From Bacteroidaceae bacterium (GTDB lineage: Bacteria > Bacteroidota > Bacteroidia > Bacteroidales > Bacteroidaceae): a stretch of DNA of 64,000 nucleotides. The translations under genes and the position numbers were made by a program. This document shows, in pieces, positions 19,207-28,727 of this stretch. How positions within the stretch are numbered: position 1 is the first letter of the stretch; the number at the start of each line of letters is the position of its first letter. A model generated the notes under the pieces. The model saw only the letters and a list, made by a program, of their open reading frames with translations. It had not been told where the DNA came from and ran no database searches. The stretch lies in NCBI GenBank assembly GCA_017503235.1, contig JAFVTL010000141.1, forward strand, positions 5,277 to 69,276, in the 5' to 3' direction.

Positions 19207-19632
19207 TCAATTCTCTTCTTTTTTCATTTGAGAAGCACATGACGGGCAAATGCCCTTATAATATTGATGAATCTCTTCCACATCGAAACCATTCAAATTC
19301 ATGGAATGTACCTTTTCCTCTTCCCTATTGGCCGGGAAATCATAAATCCGATTGCATTTCTTGCAAAGGAAATGGGCATGTAACTGGATGTCGGCATCAT
19401 AGTTCACATTGCGTTCATCGATGGTCAACATCTGGGCAGCACCGTGTTCCACAAACAACTTCAAAGTGTTATATACCGTGGTCTTCGACAAGGTAGGAAT
19501 CTCGTCACACAAAGCCATGTAAATCTCGTCAATGGACGGATGCGTGCGATGTTCCAAAAGATAATCCATAATGGCAATCCGCTGAACAGATGGCTTGATG
19601 TCATAATTCAACAAATAGTCATACGTTCTCAT
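19207..19632 (-). CDS. Fur family regulator, PerR-like
   Basis: HPSIDEIY, TVYNTL, HAHFLCKKC, GICPSC; directly upstream of rubrerythrin. Confidence 0.9.
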   Translation of the reverse strand: MRTYDYLLNYDIKPSVQRIAIMDYLLEHRTHPSIDEIYMALCDEIPTLSKTTVYNTLKLFVEHGAAQMLTIDERNVNYDADIQLHAHFLCKKCNRIYDFPANREEEKVHSMNLNGFDVEEIHQYYKGICPSCASQMKKEEN

Positions 19633-19645
19633 AACTTTTTCTTAT

Positions 19646-19660
19646 TTGTAATTATTACAA
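19646..19660. promoter_or_regulatory. Candidate Per/Fur box
   Basis: Perfect 7-1-7 repeat TTGTAAT-T-ATTACAA between a minus-strand TATCTTTG (19675-19682) and the regulator start codon. Confidence 0.65.
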
Positions 19661-19801
19661 TTTCTTTCTAAGTGCAAAGATAGATGATTTTTAGAAACCA
19701 CCAAACTTTTCAGTTATTTTTTTCTATTTTTTTTCTTCTTACCCTCCATCGTATGCAGGGATTGATTAATTTTGCACCATCATCAGATAATATATTAAGG
19801 T

Positions 19802-21721
19802 ATGAAACACGGATTTGTTAAAGTAGCAGCTGCCATCCCACAGGTAAAAGTTGCCGATTGTAAGTTCAATGCCCAACAAATAGACACTCAAATAGCCATT
19901 GCAGAAGGCAAAGGGATACAGATCATTGTATTTCCGGAATTGAGCATCACCGGTTACACTTGTGCCGACCTATTTGGTCAGACACTCTTGTTGGAAGAGG
20001 CAGAAATCGCCTTGATGCAGATTATGAACAACACCCGTCAGATGGACATCATCTCCATCGTGGGTATGCCCATTGCTTCAAATTCACTCTTGATGAATGG
20101 TGCTGTGGTTATCCAAAGAGGAAAGATTCTGGGAGTCATACCAAAGAGTTACCTTCCCAATCATGGGGAAAACAATGAACAGCGATGGTTCTCGCCTGCC
20201 AGCAAATATATAGAACCAAGTATCCGCCTTTGCGGACAAAATGTGCCATGCAGTCCTGAACTGATTTTTGAAACACCGGAAGTGAACTTCGCTGTTGAAA
20301 TAGGAAGTGACTTGTTTACACCCGTTCCTCCCAGCGCTTCGTTGGCCTTGAAAGGCGCGGAAATCATCTTCAACCCTTCAGCCAGCATTGAAGTCATCGG
20401 AAAGCACAACTACCTTCTCCAAACCATCGCCCTGCAATCGTCACGTTGCTTGTGTGGGTATGTGATGAGTTCTTGCGGATTCGGAGAATCGACCACCGAT
20501 GTGGTTTATGGAGGAAACGCAATGATAGCGGAATATGGTAACATACTGGCAAGTTCCGAGCGTTTTTCTTTGAAAGAACAACTTGTCATCAGCGAAATTG
20601 ATGTGGAACTCATCCGCAATGAACGTCGCGCCAACACACTTTTCACTTCAAGCCTCGGAGAAAGCAAGCCGGCCATACACATAGCTACAGAAATGACCAA
20701 CCCACGGGATTTGGTTTTGACTCGTCCCGTTGAACCTCATCCATTCGTACCCAAAGGCGAGGAACTGAACAAGCGATGTGAAGAGATTTTCGCCATCCAA
20801 ATAGCAGGCTTGGCCAAGCGATTGGTACATATCAATGGGAAGACAGTAGTTCTCGGCATCTCAGGCGGATTGGATTCTACCCTGGCGCTGTTGGTGTGTG
20901 CCAAGACTTTCGACAAACTTGGATTGTCCAGAAAAGGCATTATAGGTATCACCATGCCAGGATTTGGCACTACTGACCGCACCTATAACAATGCACTTCA
21001 CCTGATGGCTTCATTGGGTATTACCATTCAGGAAATCAGCATCAAGGAGGCTTGTATCCAACATTTCAAGGATATTGACCACGATATGACCATTCACGAC
21101 GTGACTTACGAAAACGGACAAGCGCGCGAACGCACACAGATACTGATGGATGTGGCCAATAAAGTGAACGGATTGGTTGTCGGTACAGGGGATTTGTCCG
21201 AGTTAGCTTTGGGATGGGCAACCTACAATGGTGACCACATGTCCATGTATGGAGTCAATGGAAACATTCCCAAGACCTTGGTGAAGTATCTGGTCAACTG
21301 GGTAGCACTGAATGGAGTGGACAACGAATCGCGAAACACCTTGCTCGACATCGTCGATACACCCATCAGCCCTGAATTGATACCAGCTGACGAAATGGGT
21401 AACATCAAGCAAAAGACAGAAGACTTGGTGGGGCCTTACGAATTGCATGACTTCTTCATCTACCACTTCCTGCGATTCGGATTCCGCCCATCAAAGATTT
21501 TATATCTGGCAAGCAATGCCTTCCGTAAAGAATATAGTGAAGAGACCATCAAGAAATGGTTGACCACCTTCTGTCGTCGTTTCTTCCAACAACAATTCAA
21601 GCGTTCGTGCTTGCCCGACGGTCCTAAGGTGGGTTCTGTAGGAATAAGCCCACGCGGTGACTGGAAGATGCCAAGCGATGCTTGCGCTGCACTTTGGCTG
21701 AAAGAATGTGAAGATTTATAA
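19802..21721 (+). CDS. nadE: NAD+ synthetase, two-domain type; glutaminase catalytic Cys absent
   Basis: Nitrilase domain FPELSITGY; synthetase GISGGLDSTLA, ENGQARERT, GTGDLSE, PISPEL. Confidence 0.96.
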   Translation: MKHGFVKVAAAIPQVKVADCKFNAQQIDTQIAIAEGKGIQIIVFPELSITGYTCADLFGQTLLLEEAEIALMQIMNNTRQMDIISIVGMPIASNSLLMNGAVVIQRGKILGVIPKSYLPNHGENNEQRWFSPASKYIEPSIRLCGQNVPCSPELIFETPEVNFAVEIGSDLFTPVPPSASLALKGAEIIFNPSASIEVIGKHNYLLQTIALQSSRCLCGYVMSSCGFGESTTDVVYGGNAMIAEYGNILASSERFSLKEQLVISEIDVELIRNERRANTLFTSSLGESKPAIHIATEMTNPRDLVLTRPVEPHPFVPKGEELNKRCEEIFAIQIAGLAKRLVHINGKTVVLGISGGLDSTLALLVCAKTFDKLGLSRKGIIGITMPGFGTTDRTYNNALHLMASLGITIQEISIKEACIQHFKDIDHDMTIHDVTYENGQARERTQILMDVANKVNGLVVGTGDLSELALGWATYNGDHMSMYGVNGNIPKTLVKYLVNWVALNGVDNESRNTLLDIVDTPISPELIPADEMGNIKQKTEDLVGPYELHDFFIYHFLRFGFRPSKILYLASNAFRKEYSEETIKKWLTTFCRRFFQQQFKRSCLPDGPKVGSVGISPRGDWKMPSDACAALWLKECEDL

Positions 21722-21724
21722 GTT

Positions 21725-21801
21725 TTCACCACAGATTACTCAGATTTTCACAGATAATAATATCAAATAAATCTGTGTTAATCCGTGTAATCTGTGGTGA
21801 A
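21725..21801. repeat. CACAGAT-type palindromic dispersed repeat, copy 1
   Basis: TTCACCACAGATTA...TAATCTGTGGTGAA with tandem inner CAGAT units; homologous to 30438-30519. Confidence 0.8.
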
Positions 21802-21805
21802 TCAA

Positions 21806-22927
21806 TCAGAGAGTTCCCTTACTGGAAGGAACTTCAAAATGATAGATATCACGCTTGATGGCCATCTTGATAGCACGAGCCAATGCCTTGAAGATACCTT
21901 CTATCTTATGATGCTCGTTTTGTCCTTCTGCCTTGATGTTCAAGTTCATGCGGGCTGCATCGCTCAATGACTTGAAGAAATGCAGGAACATTTCCGTCGG
22001 CATCTCCCCTACTTTTTCGCGCTTGAATTCCGCATCCCATACCAACCATGGGCGTCCTCCGAAGTCGAGGGCCACCTGGCAAAGGCAATCATCCATCGGC
22101 AAGCAATAGCCATAGCGTTCAATACCACGTTTGTCGCCCAACGCCTTGGCAATACAATCTCCCAATGCAATGGCCGTATCTTCGATGGTATGATGCTCAT
22201 CAACATCCAAATCGCCTTTTACACGGATAGTCAAATCCAATCCTCCATGCTTGCCAATCTGTTCCAACATGTGGTCAAAGAATCCCAAGCCTGTGGCTAT
22301 GTCACACTTACCGCTCCCGTCCAAATCTACCTTTATATAGATATCAGTTTCCTTCGTGGTGCGTGTCACTTCTGCAATACGTTCACCGGCAAAAAGAAAC
22401 TCGGCAACCTTGTCCCAATCCTTGGTAGCCAATGCGCAATAATCCTCCAATCCTTTTTCTATCAAGGCACTCTTGTCATCTTGCAGATAAATGGCCTTAC
22501 ATCCCAAATTCTTAGCCAATTCCACATCCGTATATCGGTCGCCTATCACAAAACTTCCTGCCATGTCATACTCAGGATTGTTCAAATACTTGCCCAACAT
22601 ACCCGTGCGAGGCTTGCGGGTAGGCGCATTGTCTTCAGGAAAACTACGGTCAATAAACACTTCGTCGAAGGTAATGCCCTCATTTTCCAGAGTCTTCATC
22701 ACCAAGTTATGTACTGGCCAGAAGGTATCTTCCGGGAAAGAAGAAGTGCCCAAGCCATCCTGATTGGTGACCATAGCAAACTCAAAATCAAGCTTGCTAC
22801 GTACAAAACCGAGATTACGAAAAACTTTGGGGTAGAATTCCAATTTCTCATAGGCATCCAACTGATAATCAACGGGTGGTTCGATAACCAGTGTCCCATC
22901 TCTGTCTATGAACAATACCTTTTTCAT
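21806..22927 (-). CDS. hisB: Bifunctional histidinol-phosphatase / imidazoleglycerol-phosphate dehydratase
   Basis: [46 protein letters not shown]. Confidence 0.97.
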   Translation of the reverse strand: MKKVLFIDRDGTLVIEPPVDYQLDAYEKLEFYPKVFRNLGFVRSKLDFEFAMVTNQDGLGTSSFPEDTFWPVHNLVMKTLENEGITFDEVFIDRSFPEDNAPTRKPRTGMLGKYLNNPEYDMAGSFVIGDRYTDVELAKNLGCKAIYLQDDKSALIEKGLEDYCALATKDWDKVAEFLFAGERIAEVTRTTKETDIYIKVDLDGSGKCDIATGLGFFDHMLEQIGKHGGLDLTIRVKGDLDVDEHHTIEDTAIALGDCIAKALGDKRGIERYGYCLPMDDCLCQVALDFGGRPWLVWDAEFKREKVGEMPTEMFLHFFKSLSDAARMNLNIKAEGQNEHHKIEGIFKALARAIKMAIKRDIYHFEVPSSKGTL

Positions 22928-23964
22928 TCGATGTAACTTTTTAGTGCTTCCAACAACTTGTCGTTCTCTTCGGGAGTACCAATGGTGATACGAAGACAAT
23001 CGCCACAAAGAGCGATATTGGTACGGTTTCGTACAATGATTCCTTGACTCACCAAATAGGCATAAGCCAATTTGGCATCCTTCACCTTGGTCAAGAAGAA
23101 GTTTGCATCCGAAGGAAAAACCCTTCTGCAACAATTCAACTTCACAAACTCAGACATCACCCGCTCGCGTTCCTTCAACAGAATCTCCACCCATTCCTTC
23201 ACTTTTTCGGGGCTCTTCAGCAATTCGATGGCTTGTCTTTGGGTGAGCTCATTCACATTATAAGGATACTTGATTTTGTTGAACAGGTCAATGATGGCCT
23301 CCGATGCGAAAGCCATGCCCAAACGGATGGCTGCACATCCCCAAGCCTTCGAGAATGTCTGAAGCACAATCAGATTGGGATACTTGTCGAGGTCGAGCAA
23401 GAACGAACGGGCATCTGAGAAATCGATATACGCTTCGTCTACCACCACCAGTCCTTCAAAAGTTTCCAGTAACTTTTCTATTTCCTGACGACCAAGGTTA
23501 TTGCCCGTTGGATTGTTGGGCGAACAAAGAAAAATCGCCTTAGTGTTTTCGTCAACAGAAAGCATTACTTTATCAGCTGTAAAGTGATAGTTTGCATCGA
23601 GTAAAACCTTGCGATACTCCACGTCATTCACATCCGCACAAACTTGATACATGCCATAGGTCGGGTCAATGGCCACTACATTGTCTACGCCCGGCTTACA
23701 AAATGTTCTGAATACCAAATCTATCGCTTCATCGCTGCCATTTCCCAGGAAAATCTGTTTGCGTCGAACTCCCTTAAGCGAAGCAATCAATTCCTTCAAT
23801 TCCTTTTGCAAGGGGTCGGGATAACGGTTATAGGGTGCGTGGAAAGGGTTCTCATTGGCATCGAGAAACACCGAAGCCTCCACCCCGCTATATTCATCAC
23901 GCGCCGACGAGTAAGGTTGCAAAGCCCAAACATTGGGACGCGCCAATTCTTTCAATTCTTTCAT
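22924..23964 (-). CDS. hisC: Histidinol-phosphate aminotransferase
   Basis: LDANENP, GNGSDE, SPNNPTG, DEAY, TFSKAWG. Confidence 0.97.
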   Translation of the reverse strand: MKELKELARPNVWALQPYSSARDEYSGVEASVFLDANENPFHAPYNRYPDPLQKELKELIASLKGVRRKQIFLGNGSDEAIDLVFRTFCKPGVDNVVAIDPTYGMYQVCADVNDVEYRKVLLDANYHFTADKVMLSVDENTKAIFLCSPNNPTGNNLGRQEIEKLLETFEGLVVVDEAYIDFSDARSFLLDLDKYPNLIVLQTFSKAWGCAAIRLGMAFASEAIIDLFNKIKYPYNVNELTQRQAIELLKSPEKVKEWVEILLKERERVMSEFVKLNCCRRVFPSDANFFLTKVKDAKLAYAYLVSQGIIVRNRTNIALCGDCLRITIGTPEENDKLLEALKSYIE

Positions 23965-23966
23965 AC

Positions 23967-25250
23967 TTATTGGATTGTCTTAAGTCTTACACTCACCGCA
24001 TTCTTGTGTGCGTCGAGCTGTTCGTTGGACGCCATCACTTCAATGGCAGGTCCTATGTTCAATATCCCTTCACGAGTAATTTCCTGGAAAGTAATCTTTC
24101 GGATGAAACTATCCAAGCTCACTCCGCTATATGCCTTGGCATATCCATTCGTCGGCAAGGTATGATTCGTACCAGAAGCATAGTCACCGGCACTCTCAGG
24201 TGTCAATGAGCCCAAGAATACAGAACCTGCATTAACCACCTTTTCAGCCAATTCCATATAGCTCTTGGTTTCGATGATGAGGTGTTCCGGTGCATATTCA
24301 TTAGTCATGCTGATGGCTTCATCCATATCCTTCACTAAAATCAATTTGCTGTTTACCAACGATTTGGAAGCTATTTCCATACGAGGCAACAAAGCCAGTT
24401 GGCGTTGAACTTCCTCTTCCACGGCCGACACCAAAGCTTCCGAAGTGGTTATCAGCACCACTTGGCTATCCACTCCATGTTCAGCTTGTGAGAGAAGGTC
24501 GGCTGCCACAAAAGCCGGATTGGCTGATTCATCGGCCAGTACTTCCACTTCCGAAGGACCTGCAGGCATGTCTATAGCAACATCATGAAGCGATACTTGT
24601 TGCTTGGCTGCCATTACGTATTGATTACCAGGTCCAAATATCTTGTATACCTTAGGCACACTTTCCGTACCATAGGCCATTGCGCCAATGGCTTGCACGC
24701 CACCAGCTTTGAATATCTTGCTTACTCCTGCAACTCGGGCTGCATATAGGATGGCCGGATTCACTTTTCCTTCTTTATTCGGAGGAGTACAGAGAACTAT
24801 TTCCTTACAACCAGCTATCTTGGCCGGAGTAGCCAGCATCAATACTGTCGAGAACAAGGGCGCTGTACCTCCAGGGATGTACAACCCCACCTTTTCAATG
24901 GCTACTGCCTTCTGCCAACAAGTGACACCCGGTTTGGTTTCTACCTTTTTTCCTACAAACTTTTGTGCAGAGTGGAAAGTACGAATGTTTTGTTCAGCCA
25001 ACTGGATGGCTTTCTTCAGCTCGTCCGAAACCATTGATTCGGCTTCTTCGATTTCAGCTTCGCTAACCGTCAAGCCATTCAATTTCACCTTGTCAAAGCG
25101 TTCCTCGTAATCCAGCACCGCCTTGTCACCTTCCGCCTTGATACGATCGAGCACTTCGCTCACCGTACCTCGCAGCGTTTCCATATTCATGACGGGGCGT
25201 TTCAACAATTCAGCCCATTCACTTGGTTGGGGATAACGTATGATTTTCAT
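23967..25250 (-). CDS. hisD: Histidinol dehydrogenase
   Basis: [41 protein letters not shown]. Confidence 0.97.
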   Translation of the reverse strand: MKIIRYPQPSEWAELLKRPVMNMETLRGTVSEVLDRIKAEGDKAVLDYEERFDKVKLNGLTVSEAEIEEAESMVSDELKKAIQLAEQNIRTFHSAQKFVGKKVETKPGVTCWQKAVAIEKVGLYIPGGTAPLFSTVLMLATPAKIAGCKEIVLCTPPNKEGKVNPAILYAARVAGVSKIFKAGGVQAIGAMAYGTESVPKVYKIFGPGNQYVMAAKQQVSLHDVAIDMPAGPSEVEVLADESANPAFVAADLLSQAEHGVDSQVVLITTSEALVSAVEEEVQRQLALLPRMEIASKSLVNSKLILVKDMDEAISMTNEYAPEHLIIETKSYMELAEKVVNAGSVFLGSLTPESAGDYASGTNHTLPTNGYAKAYSGVSLDSFIRKITFQEITREGILNIGPAIEVMASNEQLDAHKNAVSVRLKTIQ

Positions 25251-25253
25251 GGC

Positions 25254-26105
25254 TTACAATATCATTTTTTCAATGGGAAGTACCAAGATACCTTCTGCAC
25301 CCAGTGCCTTCAACTTGCCGATAATTTCCCAGAAACATTTCTGGTCGAGCACAGTATGAACAGAACTCCAACCTTCTTGCGCCAATGGCATCACGGTGGG
25401 GCTCTTCATACCCGGAAGTACTTCGATGATTTCTTTCAACTTGTCGGTCGGCGCATTCATCAACACGTACTTCTTATCTTCAGCTGCCTTCACCGCTTCA
25501 ATACGGAAAAGGAGTTCTTCCAGAATTGCCTTCTTCTCTTCCGACAAGTTCTTGTTTCCAATGAGCAATGCCTCGCTCTTCATCACTACTTCCACTTCCT
25601 TCAATCGATTGCTGACCAAGGTTGATCCTGAGCTTACAATATCAAAGATGGCATCTGCCAGACTGATGCCCGGAGCTATTTCCACCGAACCTGTTATGAC
25701 ATGAATATCTGTATGGATGCCATTTTTGTCCATAAAGTTCTTCAAGATACCCGGATAGGAAGTAGCAATCTTCCGACCTTCAAACCATGAAAGGCCAGGA
25801 TAATCCACATCCTTAGGGATAGCCAATGAAAGGCGACACTTGCTGAAGCCCAATCTGCGTACAATCACTGCATCTTCATCGCGCTCAACATATTCATTTT
25901 CTCCGACAATACCCAAATCTGCCACTCCGTTGGCCACCGATTGAGGAATATCATCATCGCGCAGGAAAAGTACTTCGATGGGGAAATTAGATGATTGAAC
26001 CAACAAAATTCTCTTGGAAGACGGAATCTTGATGTCCGCCTCTTGCAACAATGCCATTGTTTCTTCAAACAAACGGCCTTTCGATTGTACCGCAATTCTA
26101 AGCAT
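25254..26105 (-). CDS. hisG: ATP phosphoribosyltransferase (long form)
   Basis: MLRIAVQSKGRL, RDDDIP, IATSYP, GSVEIAP, DIVSSGSTL. Confidence 0.97.
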   Translation of the reverse strand: MLRIAVQSKGRLFEETMALLQEADIKIPSSKRILLVQSSNFPIEVLFLRDDDIPQSVANGVADLGIVGENEYVERDEDAVIVRRLGFSKCRLSLAIPKDVDYPGLSWFEGRKIATSYPGILKNFMDKNGIHTDIHVITGSVEIAPGISLADAIFDIVSSGSTLVSNRLKEVEVVMKSEALLIGNKNLSEEKKAILEELLFRIEAVKAAEDKKYVLMNAPTDKLKEIIEVLPGMKSPTVMPLAQEGWSSVHTVLDQKCFWEIIGKLKALGAEGILVLPIEKMIL

Positions 26106-26146
26106 AATTCTATTTTACCTTAATGATTTATTCCTATTTATTTAAT

Positions 26147-26176
26147 AAAAAAGGCTTACCACTTCGGCAAGCCTTT
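26147..26176 (-). terminator. his attenuator terminator
   Basis: Minus strand AAAGGCTTGCC-GAAGT-GGTAAGCCTTT-TTT between the leader peptide and hisG. Confidence 0.85.
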
Positions 26177-26216
26177 CAAAATATCATTGACTACAACAAC
26201 ATCCCAGCCCACCGAT

Positions 26217-26264
26217 TCAATCGTTAGGATAATGGCGATGATGAGTTGTAGTTATTCTTTGCAT
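26217..26264 (-). CDS. his operon leader peptide MQRITTTHHRHYPND
   Basis: 15-codon ORF with three clustered His codons, between a TACATTTG promoter and a terminator upstream of hisG. Confidence 0.8.
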   Translation of the reverse strand: MQRITTTHHRHYPND

Positions 26265-26347
26265 AATTATTTCCGTTTACTGGCGACAAATGTAAAGCGA
26301 TTATTTGATATATACAAATTTTTATCGCAGAAAGTTCATTTTTTCTT

Positions 26348-26839
26348 TCATTCAAACGGATTTACTACTTCATTCTCGACTTCGCATCCCATGAACTTCA
26401 TCTCCTCCTTTACCTTTTCTTTCGAGAAAGTAAAATAAGTACATGTTGCCTTGGTGCAGATTTCTCCTTGATGATTGGATAAAGTGGCATCGACCAGCAC
26501 AATGTTCCGACGGATTTCACGAATAGAAGCCCGAAGTACCACAAACGGATCTTTAGTGTCAATCGACTTCAAGTATCTCGTTTCCATTTTCGAAGTAACA
26601 CCCGTTGTTTGAAGCTTGCGCAAGATAACCCATGCACAGATTTCATCCAGCAATACGGCCTGTATACCTCCATGCAAAGTGTCAATCCAACCCTGATATT
26701 GAGGTTGTGGTTTCCAGATGCTCACCACTTCATCACCGTCTTCATAAAACTCCATTTTCACTCCAGCTTCGTTATTGGGTGCACAGCCGAAGCAGTTATA
26801 TCCTTCCATTCCCTTCCAGGGATTGATGATTCGTTTCAT
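26348..26839 (-). CDS. PaaI family thioesterase
   Basis: NCFGC, YQGWIDTLHGGIQAVLLDE hotdog-fold motif. Confidence 0.9.
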   Translation of the reverse strand: MKRIINPWKGMEGYNCFGCAPNNEAGVKMEFYEDGDEVVSIWKPQPQYQGWIDTLHGGIQAVLLDEICAWVILRKLQTTGVTSKMETRYLKSIDTKDPFVVLRASIREIRRNIVLVDATLSNHQGEICTKATCTYFTFSKEKVKEEMKFMGCEVENEVVNPFE

Positions 26840-26848
26840 AACACAGAA

Positions 26849-27148
26849 TTAGAATTCATAGTCTACACAAGCTCTGTCTTGCTTGGCATCTTTCAGGATA
26901 CCTGCAGCTGAAACATGGTCAGGATGAGCCGCATAAAGTTTCACATCATCCAAGGTGTCGAATTCACTTTCCAAACAGATGTCCCATGACTCAGCTTCAT
27001 TGATATTCCAACCGACAAACACCTTACGAATGACATCAATCTTAGCAGGAAGGGCTTCAATTGCTTCCTTGAAACGGGTTATCACTTCCATCTTTTCAGT
27101 GGCCGAAAGGCTATCCTTCAGTTTGAACATTACAATATGCTTTACCAT
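26849..27148 (-). CDS. Dabb family (stress-responsive A/B barrel) protein
   Basis: MVKHIVMFKLK, YAAHPDH, RACVDY. Confidence 0.9.
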   Translation of the reverse strand: MVKHIVMFKLKDSLSATEKMEVITRFKEAIEALPAKIDVIRKVFVGWNINEAESWDICLESEFDTLDDVKLYAAHPDHVSAAGILKDAKQDRACVDYEF

Positions 27149-27210
27149 AATATTTGTTATTTAAATTATTTATTCTACTTTTATGCGGCAAAAATAATTA
27201 TTTCAACCCA

Positions 27211-28587
27211 ATGAAACAAATATCTCTTTGGTTACTTGCCTGTATCTGTATGCTCTCATGCCGTCCGAAGGTAAGTAACAGCGACAATCTCCACTACGAC
27301 TTGCCTCAAATGCAGGACAGCGGTGTATTGGTTGTACTTACTTTGAACAGTTCCATCTCCTATTTCGACTATCGAGGGGAACCCATGGGCTTTCAATACG
27401 AATTGGCCAAACAGTTTGCCGAGTCATTGGGATTGAAGCTGGAAATCAAGACTGGCCGAAACACCCGCCAACTGGTACAGATGTTGCGGCAGGGAGAAGG
27501 TGACCTCATCGCCTACCCGCTTCCTATCACCCGAATACTGAAAGACAGCCTCCTATATTGTGGCGAGGAAATTATCACCCATCAAGTCCTGGTGCAACGC
27601 AACCGGAAAAAAGTGAAACCGTTGACCAATGTAACGCAACTGATTGGAAAAACTGTCCATACCAAACCCGACAAACATTTGAGTCGACTGAACAACCTCA
27701 ACGATGAACTGGGAGGTGGTATCCTCATCCAACCGGTAGACAACGACAGCCTTTCCATTGAAGACCTTATCGCCCAAGTGGCAAGCGGAGAAATCGATTA
27801 CACCGTTTGCGACAACGAATTAGCCCGTCTGAACAAGTCCTACTATCCCCAACTGAACATTTCGCTGGCTATCAGTTTCGACCAACGGGCTTCATGGGCT
27901 GTCAGACAAAGTTCACCTTTGTTGGCTGAAGCAGCAAACAAATGGCATCACGAGAATGCAACCTCCCCAGCCTATCAGGCTAGTACGAAACGCTATTTTG
28001 AAAACAGCAAACGAACTCCACAAGGTTCCATACTCTCCATCAAGGAAGGCAAGATTTCCCATTACGACTCATTGTTCAAGAAATATGCCGAAGAAATCGG
28101 ATGGGATTGGCGATTATTGGCCTCCTTGGCCTATACCGAATCTAATTTCGACACCACAGCAGTTTCGTGGGCAGGTGCCAAAGGATTGATGCAACTCATG
28201 CCCCACACGGCAAAGGTCATGGGTGTACCAGAAGGGAAAGAACAGAATCCTGAAGAAAGCGTAAAGGCCGCCACGAAATATTTGAAGCAGATTAGCCGTT
28301 CGTTCAGCCGCATTGAAGACCCCGATGAAAAGATTAAGTTCGTCCTGGCATCCTACAATGCCGGACTCGGACACATCTTCGACGCCATGGCATTAGCCGA
28401 GAAGTATGGTAAAGACAAATACAAGTGGGACGGGAATGTTGCTGATTATGTATTGCTTAAAAGCAATGAGGAATATTACACCGACCCTGTTTGCAGAAAT
28501 GGATACTTCCGAGGACGCGAGACTTTCAATTTCGTCAAGGACATTCTCTCACGTACCGAAACCTACAAACAGAAAATTAAAGAGTAA
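27211..28587 (+). CDS. MltF-like lytic transglycosylase lipoprotein (SBP + SLT domains)
   Basis: Lipobox MLSC, MGFQYEL, DWRLLASLAYTESNF, GAKGLMQL, ASYNAG. Confidence 0.9.
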   Translation: MKQISLWLLACICMLSCRPKVSNSDNLHYDLPQMQDSGVLVVLTLNSSISYFDYRGEPMGFQYELAKQFAESLGLKLEIKTGRNTRQLVQMLRQGEGDLIAYPLPITRILKDSLLYCGEEIITHQVLVQRNRKKVKPLTNVTQLIGKTVHTKPDKHLSRLNNLNDELGGGILIQPVDNDSLSIEDLIAQVASGEIDYTVCDNELARLNKSYYPQLNISLAISFDQRASWAVRQSSPLLAEAANKWHHENATSPAYQASTKRYFENSKRTPQGSILSIKEGKISHYDSLFKKYAEEIGWDWRLLASLAYTESNFDTTAVSWAGAKGLMQLMPHTAKVMGVPEGKEQNPEESVKAATKYLKQISRSFSRIEDPDEKIKFVLASYNAGLGHIFDAMALAEKYGKDKYKWDGNVADYVLLKSNEEYYTDPVCRNGYFRGRETFNFVKDILSRTETYKQKIKE

Positions 28588-28666
28588 TTAATTAACATGA
28601 GTTCGATATATTATGATTAAACTGATATCAAATTCACGTTAATTATATTTGAATGGATATTATAAT

Positions 28667-28702
28667 AAAAGAGCGTAGCCGGAAAACTCCGACATACGCT
28701 CT
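28667..28702. terminator. Hairpin between convergent genes
   Basis: AAAAGAGCGTAGCCGGA..TCCGACATACGCTCT. Confidence 0.55.
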
Positions 28703-28727
28703 TAGGTCGTATTAAGACAATGAAATA

